A DNA stretch of 62,905 nt, counting the filler, from Chiloscyllium plagiosum (taxonomy: Eukaryota), in NCBI RefSeq assembly GCF_004010195.1. It is 3 parts of one record of this genome, joined end to end, with 100 filler letters (N's around TTAATTAATTAA, not from the genome) between each part and the next. Parts side by side here need not be neighbours in the genome. Positions count along the whole stretch, not along the records: positions 13,072 to 39,677 come from NC_057717.1; positions 39,778 to 62,905 come from NC_057717.1; 1 more part is not named here. The stretch is one strand, 5' to 3'. This document shows positions 36,570 to 47,545 of the stretch, in pieces. The position numbers were made by a program, and so were the translations under genes. Within the stretch, counting starts at the first letter, position 1; each line of letters opens with the position of its first letter. Under the pieces are notes generated by a model. It did no database searches. It saw only the letters and a program-made list of their open reading frames with translations, and was not told the origin of the DNA.

Positions 36570-37105
36570 CAAGGGACAGTGAGGACTGCAGATGCTGGAG
36601 ATCAGAGTTGAAAAGTGTGGGGCTGGAAAAGCACAGCAGACCGGCAGCATCCGAGGGGCAGGAGAATTGACGTTTCAGGCATACGTCCTTCATCAGGAAA
36701 GTGGGAGGTAAGCGAGGGGGAAGGGGGTGAGAATTAAATCGGAGGGTCGGGGTGGAGATGGGTGGAAGGTAGCCTGAAAGGCGAACGTTGATGCAGGTGG
36801 GGTCTGACGGTGTTAGGTTGGAGAGGAGGGTGAAGTCCTGGACCCTTCAAACTATACAGCATCAACGTTGACTTCACCAATTTCCAAATCGCACCTCCCC
36901 AACCTCATCCCAGATTCAACCGTTCAACTCAGCTCTGCCCTCTTGAACTGTTCTGTCTGTCTTCCTTCCCACCTATCCACTCCACCTTCCCCTCCGACAT
37001 ATCACTATCACTCCCACATAAATTTTCGTATCGCCCTCCCGGTGACCCTCTCGCCTGCCTTGGCTGTGCACTCTCCTGCAGCTCCTTGGCTCTACTTGGG
37101 GTCTC
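36570..37105. mobile_element. Penelope insertion with inverted halves, nested in the Gypsy element
   Basis: Minus-strand pseudo-LTR at 36570-36835 with CUGAUGA-A-GGAC-GUAU-GCCU-GAAAC-GUC (36664-36700), followed by a plus-strand GIY-YIG end (LGTLQ...INVDF-like) and a C-rich tract. Confidence 0.8.
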
Positions 37106-38415
37106 NNNNNNNNNNNNNNNNNNNNNNNNNNNNNNNNNNNNNNNNNNNNNNNNNNNNNNNNNNNNNNNNNNNNNNNNNNNNNNNNNNNNNNNNNNNNNNN
37201 NNNNNNNNNNNNNNNNNNNNNNNNNNNNNNNNNNNNNNNNNNNNNNNNNNNNNNNNNNNNNNNNNNNNNNNNNNNNNNNNNNNNNNNNNNNNNNNNNNNN
37301 NNNNNNNNNNNNNNNNNNNNNNNNNNNNNNNNNNNNNNNNNNNNNNNNNNNNNNNNNNNNNNNNNNNNNNNNNNNNNNNNNNNNNNNNNNNNNNNNNNNN
37401 NNNNNNNNNNNNNNNNNNNNNNNNNNNNNNNNNNNNNNNNNNNNNNNNNNNNNNNNNNNNNNNNNNNNNNNNNNNNNNNNNNNNNNNNNNNNNNNNNNNN
37501 NNNNNNNNNNNNNNNNNNNNNNNNNNNNNNNNNNNNNNNNNNNNNNNNNNNNNNNNNNNNNNNNNNNNNNNNNNNNNNNNNNNNNNNNNNNNNNNNNNNN
37601 NNNNNNNNNNNNNNNNNNNNNNNNNNNNNNNNNNNNNNNNNNNNNNNNNNNNNNNNNNNNNNNNNNNNNNNNNNNNNNNNNNNNNNNNNNNNNNNNNNNN
37701 NNNNNNNNNNNNNNNNNNNNNNNNNNNNNNNNNNNNNNNNNNNNNNNNNNNNNNNNNNNNNNNNNNNNNNNNNNNNNNNNNNNNNNNNNNCATCTGCCGA
37801 GCCAGTTTTGCAAATGCAATAAAAAAAGATTTGGCATTTTTCTCACAGAAATATGGCAATGTATTAACATAGTTGTATACATCCCTACGTTCTCTCTTCA
37901 TCTTCATCCTGCTAATTTAATTTTCTTATCTAATTCCAAACGTCTGAATCTCAAATTCTCGCTCTCTTCCTTTTCCTGTCTTTCTCTTTCTCTATCTTCT
38001 CTCTCTCTTTCTGTCTCTCCCTTCTAACTCCAGTTGCCACACTTGCAATTTAAGTTTTTTCTAACTCGACTGCAGGTTCCTGCTTCTGTGACACACCAAA
38101 GTGCTTGACCAACTCCATTATGATGACAGCTTTCCTTTTGTCCCTAGTGAAACCCAATCCTTATCCCAAACCCTACATGTTAATTCTAAAATTATGCCCT
38201 TCCTTTGTCTTTGTACAGTTTCTTGGCAAGCTTGGGAATCATCTTCAAACCTCAGAACCTCTTTAGTAATGTGAAAAGCCATTTCGTTTAATTTAACCAA
38301 CCACAAGGAAACAAAATTAAATGAATATTGTCACCTGTTTTACTTGAGGATCTAGGTCACTAACTGCCAAGTGATGGAATCTCCTGGGACCTTTAGTACC
38401 CGAAATCTGTTCAAA

Positions 38416-38436
38416 TCCCATACGACAAGCCCTCAA
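38416..38436 (-). promoter_or_regulatory. Probable primer-binding site (degenerate tRNA-Pro complement)
   Basis: Minus strand TGAGGGCTTGTC immediately inside the 5' LTR, compared with the canonical TGGGGGCTCGTC. Confidence 0.5.
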
Positions 38437-38579
38437 ACCGTTATGATGTCGATGTCAAACCCCTCTGTTAATTAAAACCACACACCCAGAAAAGCTCACC
38501 TCTCCTCGTACTCTGTTAAAACATGAGTGACAGAGAAGTCACAAATTCGACTATTAAGAGAAAAATAGCCATTTATAAG

Positions 38580-38960
38580 TATGCAAGTTAGCTCTCTGAG
38601 CTTGAAGGTTTGTTTTCAGATGTTTCGTCACCATGACTAGGTAACATCATCAGTGAGAGTCTCTGGTGACGCACTGATGGTACGTCCTGTCTTTCTATTT
38701 ATAGGCCTTGGTTTCTTAAGGTGTGTGATGACATTTCCGGTTTTATTCCCCAAGGGAATGTAGATAGGATCTAAACTGATGTGTTTATTGATGGACTTCT
38801 GGTTAGAATATCATGCCTCTAAGAACTTGTGCGTGGCTTTGTCCAAGGAAGTGTGTATTGTCACAGTCAACGTGTTATCCTCCTTTATCTGTATGTATGG
38901 AAACTACTGATAGTGGTCATGTATTTTGGTGGCCAGTTGACGTTCATGTCTCCTGGTAGC
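38580..38960 (-). mobile_element. Second Penelope family: GIY-YIG C-terminus and 3' region, truncating the Gypsy 5' LTR
   Basis: Minus-strand reading HERQLATKIHD...HKFLEA...SINKHISLDPIY. Confidence 0.8.
38614..38658 (-). ncRNA. Type I hammerhead ribozyme motif with a 6-bp stem II
   Basis: Minus strand UCUCA-CUGAUGA-U-GUUACC-UAGUCAU-GGUGAC-GAAAC-AUC-UGAAA. Confidence 0.78.
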
Positions 38961-39677
38961 ATGACAGCAGGAGAGTTTGAAATGGAGGACAAATGATTTT
39001 ATATATGCTGTTTAATCAGTGTGTGTTCAGATAAGGAAGATTGTCCATATGTGTACAACACATTCTGAACGAACAATGGAGACACAGTTAACGGAAAATG
39101 ATGCACGTGATGCATAACATTTATCAAGCATTAAAACATTATTTGATCCTCATCTGAAGTGGTACCTTCCCTTTCTTTCAACGTTCCCCTTTTCTGGGAT
39201 TCATAGCTCTAATCTCTCATTCTTATTGGTATGTGTGTTATAATGTTTTGCCTCTCGTGTCCCAACTTGTTTCAGTTAATCCCCTTTCTACCAGCAATTA
39301 AATATATTAGCCTGCTGGGTTCTTTCCAAAACTAATGTCTGGCATATTATTTGAGAGAAAAGTTATGGCATCAGACCCAACATTTGAACATATTGCTCTG
39401 TTGTACGTGCGCTGTACAAAGGACTACAACCCACAGGAATTGCCAAAACATTGAGTGAAGTACATCTACTTCTTTCGATAATCTAGTTTTCCCATTTTCC
39501 ACATCTCCATATCTATATACTCTCTCTCGTTCTCCCTTTGTATCTAGTTAAGACATCTACCAATTATTCTTCATGTCCCATCTCTCAAAACTCCTTCTTT
39601 CAGTTTAGAAGTAATGCTGTCTTCAAGATGTAATGTGGTTATAATTAAGCAATGTAACTACAAAGACATGCGGGCAT

Positions 39678-39777
39678 NNNNNNNNNNNNNNNNNNNNNNN
39701 NNNNNNNNNNNNNNNNNNNNNTTAATTAATTAANNNNNNNNNNNNNNNNNNNNNNNNNNNNNNNNNNNNNNNNNNNN
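39678..39777. other. Artificial scaffold linker N44-TTAATTAATTAA-N44
   Basis: Same 100-bp structure as 12972-13071. Confidence 0.95.
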
Positions 39778-40375
39778 CAGTAAGACACCCTTTCTCCTGG
39801 ACTCAAATCCACCTGAAATGAAGGTCAGCACACCATTTATCTTCTTAACTGCTTTCCTTCCTGCAATATTGCTTTCAGTGACTGGTGTACAAGGAGATCC
39901 AGATCCTTTTCAATGTTATAACTCCCCACTTGCTGGTTCTACGTATTCTGGTCAGCGTGGCAATGCCATTCCTAGTATTGACTTCTGGTTGCAGAACTCC
40001 CTGTCCTGCGGGGAGCTCAGAGGTTTATGCAGAAGGAAACAACAAAAAGGAACATACATCCCTTTGTAAATCAACATGTTTCAACCAATCCCTTTCAAAT
40101 GGTAGGCTGCCAATTTATCGTTTCCACCAAAGGGCACACCGTCATCTCTATCCACATTGTTCTCCCTCTGTCACGTATTTACCCATTCACTCCACTTGTC
40201 TTCGTCTTCTCGGTGCTTTTTTACATCCTCCTCACCCACTCACAATCCCACATCCGTTAGTGCTGTCAGCAGGCTGGGATATATCGTATCTGATTCCAGC
40301 CACCAAATGTTTAAAGGGCATTCTGAATAGATGGGCCCCAAGCACTGATCCCTGTGACACCTCAGCAAAATTCCT
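39778..40375 (-). mobile_element. Old CR1 fragment paralogous to 28566-29110
   Basis: Shared ctgaaatgaaggt, cctgcaatattgctttcagtgact, aatgccatt..agtattgacttc. Confidence 0.7.
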
Positions 40376-40404
40376 CTGTTAAATTGTATTATATTTGTTT
40401 CGTG

Positions 40405-43090
40405 AATCTGTGTGTCACTAGCTGGGCCAGCATTTATTTCCTGTCCCTAATTGCCCTTGAGAAGGTGGTGGTGAGCTGCCTTGTTGAACGCTGCAGTCCA
40501 CCTGCTGCTGTTGACCTCCAATACTATTAGGGAGGGAATTCCAGAATTCTGACCCAGCGACTGTGAAGGAGCGGTGATATATTTCCAAGTCACGATGGTG
40601 ACTGGCTTGGAGGAGAACCTAAAGATGATGGTATTTCCATACATCTGCAGCCCTTGTCCTTCCAGATAGACGTGGTCGTGAGTTGGGAAGGTGGTCTCTG
40701 AGGATCTTTGGTGAATCATTTCATTGCAGCATGTCGATAGTAAAACACTGCTGCTGCTGCTGAGCGTTGATGGTGGAGCATTGTGGATGAAGGGACAGTC
40801 AGACCGGTTGCTTTGTTCTGGATGGTATAAAGCTTCTTGAGTGTTGTTGGGGCTGCATTCATCCAGGCAGATTGGGAGTCGTCTATCACACTTCTGACTT
40901 ATGCATTGTAGATGATGGACAGACGTTTGGAAGTCAGGATGTGAGTTACTCGCCGCAGTATTCCTAGCTTCGGACCTGCTCTTATCGTTATTGTGTTTAT
41001 GTGGCGAGACCAGTGAGTTTCTGGGCAATGATTACCCATCAGGAATTTGATACTGGGGGATTCACTGATAGTAACACCATTGAATGCCAAGGGGCAGGTT
41101 AGATTGTATTTTATTGGTGATGGTCACGGTCTGGCATTTGTGAGGCCTGAATATTACTTGCCAATTGCCAGCCTGGATACTGTCCAGATCTTGTCATATT
41201 TGAACATGGACTGCTTCAGTGTCTGAGGAGCCACAAATGTTTCAAAACATTGTATAATCATTGGCGAACATCCCCACTTCTGACCTTAAAATGGAGGGAA
41301 GGTCATTGATGAAGTAGCCTTGAAGAGGTTTTCGGCCACTGCTCGAGGGACTCCGACAGACTTGGAGCTGAGTTGACTGACCTTCATCAACCATGACCAC
41401 TTTCCTACGTGTCAGGTATGAATCTAACCAGCAGGGAGTTTCCCTCTGATACCCATTGATTCCAGTGTTCCTAAGGCCCCTTGATACCACACTTGGTCGA
41501 AGGCAGCCTTGATTTAAAGGGCTATCACTCTCACCCCACCTCTGGAATTCAGCTCTTTTATCCATGTTTGAACCACGGTAATGAGGTCAGGAGCTGAGTG
41601 GCCCTGGTGGAGCCCACACTGGGCGTCATTGACCAGGGCATTGCTGAGCAAGAGTTGCTGAAAAGCACTGAGATCTTCCACCACTTTACTGATGATCGAG
41701 AGAAGACTGATGCGGTGGTGATTGGCCAGATTGGATTTGTTCTACTTTTTATATACAGGAAATACTTGGGGTAATTTTCCACATAATCGGGGAAAGCCAT
41801 TGTTGTAACTGTGTTGAAACAGTTTGGCTAAGGGAGTGGCAAGTTATGGAGCACAAGTTTTCAGTACTATTGCCAGAATGTTGTCAGAGTATGGACCCTT
41901 TGGAGTATCCATTATCTCCAACCATTTCTGGATATCGCGTGGACTGAATCAAATTGGTTGATGACTTGTAACTGAATTACTGACGACCACTGGAGGAGGC
42001 TGAAATGGATCATCCACTCAGCACTTCTGACTGAAGATTGTTGCGAATGGACTAGCCTTATTTTATACACTGAAGTGCTGGGCTCTTCCATCATGGAGGA
42101 AGGGGTTATTTGTGGAATCTCTTCCTCCAGTGAGTTGTTTAATTGTCTCCAAAGTTTCTAGACTAGGTGTGGAAGGACTGCAGAGCTTAGATCTGATCCT
42201 TTGCTTGTGGGATGACTTCGCTCTGTCTATCTCTTATTGCTTATGCTGTTTGGTGCACAAGTTGTCCTGTTTAGAGGCATCACCAGGCTGACACCTCATT
42301 GTCAGGTACGCCTGGTGCTACTCCTGCCATCCTGCACACTCCATTGAACCAATGATGAACCTCTGTATTGATGGTAATTGTTGTGAGGGGGATATACCAG
42401 GCCATGAGGTTGTGTGGTGTAAAATTCTGCTCCGACAGATGGACCACAGCACCTTATGGGCACCCAGACTTGAGCTGCTAGATCTGTTCGAAGTCTGTCC
42501 AATTAAGCACCGTGATAGTACCACCCACAATAGTGGAGGCTATTCTCAATGTGCAGATGTGACTTTGTCTCCACAATGACTATGCGGTGGTCACTCTTAC
42601 CTATACTGTCAGAGACCGATACTTCTGCAACTGGCAGATTAGTAAGGCTGTGGTCAATATGTATTTTCCTCTTGTTGGTTCCTTCACCACCTGCCACAGT
42701 ACCAGTCTAGCAGTTATATCCTTTAGGACCCGGCCCGCTCAATCATTAATGCTGTAGCTGAGATACTCTTGGAGGTGGACATTGAATTCCCCCATCCAGA
42801 GTACATCTTGCGTCCGTGCTACCCTCAGTCCTTCCTCCAAGTGTTGATCAACATGGAGGAGTACTGATTCATCAGTTGAGAGGCTGGTACATACAAATCA
42901 GCAGGAGGTTTCCTTTCCCATGTGTTAACTAACGCTATGAGACTTCATGGGATACGGAGCCACTGTTGAGGATTCCCAGAGCAATTTCCTTCCAAATGTA
43001 TCCCACTGTGCCGCCACTTCTGCTGTGTCCGTCCTGCTGATGAGATAGGAGATATCCAGGGAAGGTGATGGGGAATCTGGGACATAGTCT
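40405..43090 (-). mobile_element. Near full-length family B non-LTR retrotransposon (APE endonuclease and RT), frameshifted
   Basis: GKSDH (ORF 42503..42697), FINDLPS...VGMFAND (ORF 41242..41565, RT YxDD region), and a C-terminal/3' region ending near 40410. Confidence 0.85.
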
Positions 43091-46000
43091 GAAATGGATC
43101 ATCCACTCAGCACTTCTGACTGAAGATTGTTGCGAATGAATCAGCCTTATCTTGTACACGAAAGTGCTGGGCTTTTCCATCATGGAGGAAGGGGTTATTT
43201 GTGGAATCTCTTCCTCCAGTGATTTGTTTAATTGTCCCTAACGTTTCTTGACTAGATGTGTAAGGACATCCTTACAGAATCATGCCTTACAGACAATGTC
43301 AGGCTGTTGCTTGACGAGTATGTTTATATCTATTCACTGTTTCCTGCAAGCTGTCCCATTCTAGAATCATTTCCATATATTAGCACCAATCCACTAATAT
43401 TTGATTTTGCAAACTGGGCTTGGAGCTTTCCCAAAATATTTCTAAAAATCAAAATTTTTATATCCATTGCCTCTCTTTCATTTATCTCTCAGCCTGTTTC
43501 TCAAACATAATTACCATTTCATAACTCTGTTAGTGTTGTCTATGACCATTACTTTCAGACCCAATAATTGCTCCTAAACCATTTACTTACTATGTTCTAT
43601 GTTCCTTGTACTCTATCATTTTCCCACACCAGACTTGGTTTTCCTGGTATTGTTAGAAAGTTTTGTGAAGACAGAATTGAAGTAGTGGCTTCATAGTCCT
43701 GCCATTTCCCGGTTACCCTTCTCCATTCTCTGGTTTCAGTTTGTAAGGAAGTTGCACTTTTTTTCTCATATTTCTCACATTGACATAATTTAACAAGTTA
43801 TTACAGTTCACTCTTAGAACCCTTGTGAATATACTCTTCAGAAACTCATCAATTCCTTCCTTAAACTGCTAAATAATTGACCTTCCACACCATACACTCA
43901 CAGGAGCAGAGACTGTGCCAACAGAAGTACAGCACGATCTATCTTCGTCCCACTTTCCTACACCAGGCCCATAGCCTGGAATGTTATGACATTCCAAGTG
44001 CTCGTCCAAGTACTCTTTAACGATTGTGAGTTTACCGGGATAATTCACCTCTCAGGAAGTAATCCCAGAACCAAACACCCTCTAGGTGAAAAAAAAAAGT
44101 TTAAATCCTCTCTGAACCTCAATCTTTTCATTTTAAAAGTGTGCTCCTTTATTCTCGACCCTCTGACTAAAAGGAACAGCCTCTGTCTATCCACCCTGTC
44201 CGTGTCGCACAGAATCTTATTCTTCTGAATCGCATCTTCCTCAGCGTTCTCTGCTCCAAAGTAAACAACCCGAGCTTATCCAGCCTCTCTCCATAGCTGA
44301 TATGCTACATCCCAGGGAACATCCTGGTGAATCACCTCTGCACCCTCTCCAGTACAATCACATCCTTCCTGGAATGTGGCTCCATACAGTACATACAGTA
44401 CTCCATTTTGGCTGAACCAAAGCCCTGTATTGCTCTTATAATCTACGCCCTGATTAGGAAACACAACACTCAAGGTCCAATTTTTAACTAGTCCATTAAC
44501 CTGTCCAGTCATTCAGGCATGTGTGGTGAAGCACACTTTGAGGTTCCCAGTGTTCTGCCAGTCATTGAGTCCTCCCCTGCCTGGTTCCTTCTCCTAAGGT
44601 GCGCCTCCTCATATTTATCAGGGTTAGATTCTATCAGCCATTGATCTGCCCATCTGACCATTCCATCTGCATCTTCCTGTAACATAAGTCCTTCCTCCTC
44701 ACTGCTAACCACCCAGGCAATCTTTATGCTAAACATACACTTACTTATCACACCTCCCCCACTCTCCACCTAGCCCCCTCCACATTCACATCTTTTTTTT
44801 TGTGAATAACACAAACAATAAGGGACACAGCACTGATCCTTGTGGTACACCAGGGGACACTAGTCTCCAGTCACACAAACATACTTGTCCCACCACCCTC
44901 TGCCTCCTGCTACTAAGACAATTTTCATTGTAACTAGTCAAATTATCCTTCATATTGAGAGATTTAATTTATTTTTCAGTTTCCCAGGTGGAAATTTGTC
45001 AAAGGCATTCCTACAAAACTAAACAATCGACCTCCTCAAACTAATTCAATCAAACCCATTGGATGTGACTTCCTTCTGATAAAGTCATGATGATTATCCC
45101 TGATCAAACCTTGCGACTCTGATTGGAGTTATATTTTCTCCTTCCCTTATTTCTCCAATAGTTTCCTTAACAGTGATCTAACACTCGCTCATCTATAGTT
45201 CCCTGGTCTATCTCTCCCACCCTTACTGTGAAGTGGAATCACATTAGCAGTTCTCCAGTTCTCTGGCACCTCCCCTATGGTCAGATTCTAATTAAAATAT
45301 TAATACCCCAACAGCCACCTGTGATACAACTCATTAAGACATGGAGATTGGTCCAAATTTGTACAGAACAAAGCCTCAAATCCTTTCTCGTATTTTACAT
45401 CAATCTGTTCAAGAGTTTTCCAGTTCATCTTCTTGAATTCTGTACCTGCATCCTTCTTCTCCCAAGTAAAATAGATGTGAAGTTCTCATGTAACAATCCA
45501 TCAATGTTCTCCAGCTTGACACAAAGATTGTCCCTTTGGTTTCTCATGGACACGAACTGTTTGCTGATCATTCTGTTCTACTTTTACTACTTGTATTTCT
45601 CCATGTCCCTCTGTTATTGAGTCCCCGCTATGTTTCACTGTAATTACCTCTCATGTCTTGAAACTCGAGTTCACAGGCTGAGTTTCCACATCAGACAATC
45701 TTGCCATTTTAGGGATTAATCTGGATGATACCTTTTGCAGTTCCTCTGTCGTCAGTATGTTCTTTCTGAGATAGGGATACCGAATGATACACAATACTCT
45801 AAGGTTAGTCTCAACAACACTCGATGCAACTGGTTCACTACATCCTCTATATTATAATTACATGCACAAAAATGTAAACCTAATTTTTACTTTACCATTT
45901 GCAAATGTTCTTCCCAATGCCTCTCATTCTAATTTTTCTTATGAGCTTACTGTGTGAGTTCTTTAGAAAAAGCTCCCCTGAATATCCAACTTCACGGTAT

Positions 46001-46844
46001 CCATTGGTTCTTCATTGCTTATGTTATTATTACTTTACCATTTGCAAATGTTCTTCCCAATGCCTCTCATTCTAATTTTTCTTATGAGCTTACTGTGTGA
46101 GTTCTTCAGAAAAAGCTCCTGAATATCCAACTTCACGGTATCCATTGGTTCTTCATTGCTTATGTTATTACCTTCTAAGTATCTAGTAGCATGTTCTTTG
46201 TAATTGAGTCCAACAGACACCCGACTGCGGATGACAAGGTAACTGGTCTGTTGTTCACCATTCTCCATCTTCATCCTTTTTTAAACTATTGGATAACATT
46301 TATAACTTTTGCCTTGTCCAAATTGGCTAAATCCTTTCAGGAATGTGTCGGAAATTAAAGTGAAAATCCGCAATGCTGTCAGTATGTCTATTGCTGATTC
46401 CTCTGAAATTCTTGTATGAAGTACATATGATCTGTCAGATTTATAAATACTCAATCCAGCTTTCTTTTCAAAGATGACCTTAACATTGATAAGAATGATC
46501 TTAGACTTTACTTACACAAATCCCATGGTCACTTGGTATTTCTGGAAGAATTTCTGGAAATTCTTCCATGAAGATAGACACAAAGAAACTGCTTCTTTTC
46601 CCTGCAATTTCTCTGTTCACTGCAATAAAGTATCCTGAACGCACACCAACTGTTCCACATTTGACCCTGTTTTTATTTTTTTAATACATTGATAAACGCT
46701 TTTTAGCAGTCTTTATGTTTTTCTTTCGTTTGCACGCCTTTTCTCTTTTTGATTTTCTTCTCAGTTTCTTGGTAATCCTTTGCTGGGTCCTACATTTCTC
46801 TGAATCCACTGGCTTACTGCAACACATTTTTCTAAGCTGACTCC

Positions 46845-47545
46845 TTTCATCTAATAAGAAGATGAAGTTGGGGTTGAAAGTGATAGTCGGAGAGGAGGGT
46901 GGACCAGATTTACAGGAAGGAAGGTGGACACATAGGAACATTCAAAAGGGCGATGCTGACTTGGAAGGTTGGAGTGAGATAATGTGGGATTAGGGGAAAT
47001 AGTGAAATCCTCTATGATCCCCTGTGGTTGGAGGGTACCAAGGCAGAAGAGGAGGCTTTCTTCCTCCAGGCCTCTGGTGGCTTGGGTTTGGTGATGGAGC
47101 AGATCTTGGCCACTCATGTCCTTGGCAGAGTGGGAAGGGGAGTTAAAGTGCTCAGCCACAAGGCGATGGAGTTGTTCAATGTGGCTGTCCCAGAGATATT
47201 CTCTGAAATGATCTACAAGTTGACCTCCTGTCCCGCCAATGTAATGAAGACCTCATTGGGTTTAATCGATGCAGTAGATGAGGCGTTCTGTCTCCCTTCA
47301 TCACATATTACTTTCAACCCCACCTTCATCTACCTATCGCAATCCCTGCAAACCTCCCCCCTGCCACACCACCTGCTCATTTGTCTCTCAGCCCCCTTGG
47401 CCCACAAACCTCCTTCCTTATGAAGGGCTTATGCCCTAAACATCGATTTATCTACTCTTAGTATGCTGCCTGACTGTGCTTATCCAGCTCCACACACTTC
47501 GACTCTGATCTCAAGCATCTGTAGTTCCCACTTTCTCTTCACACC
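46845..47545. mobile_element. Penelope remnant (paralog of 4057-4760) with an inactivated hammerhead core
   Basis: ORF 46851..47159 is GIY-YIG-like. The motif reads cttatga...gccctaaa at 47417-47440. Confidence 0.85.

Larger units (their letters stand above)
33120..38575 (-). mobile_element. Gmr1-like Gypsy LTR retrotransposon (gag-PR-IN-RT-RH order), degraded
   Basis: Minus strand: gag ~38280-37791 (LPYFCEKNAKSFFIAFAKLA), protease end ~36560-36315 (GIQFVLGNDLAG), integrase ~36130-35250 (CHTCQ; IQSDQGSHF; HTESQGVLESWH), RT ~35200-34760 (NNAPATF; LQEANLVINLKK.EF...FLGH), RNase H ~34700-34430. LTR homology between 33136-33240 and 38455-38570. Confidence 0.88.
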
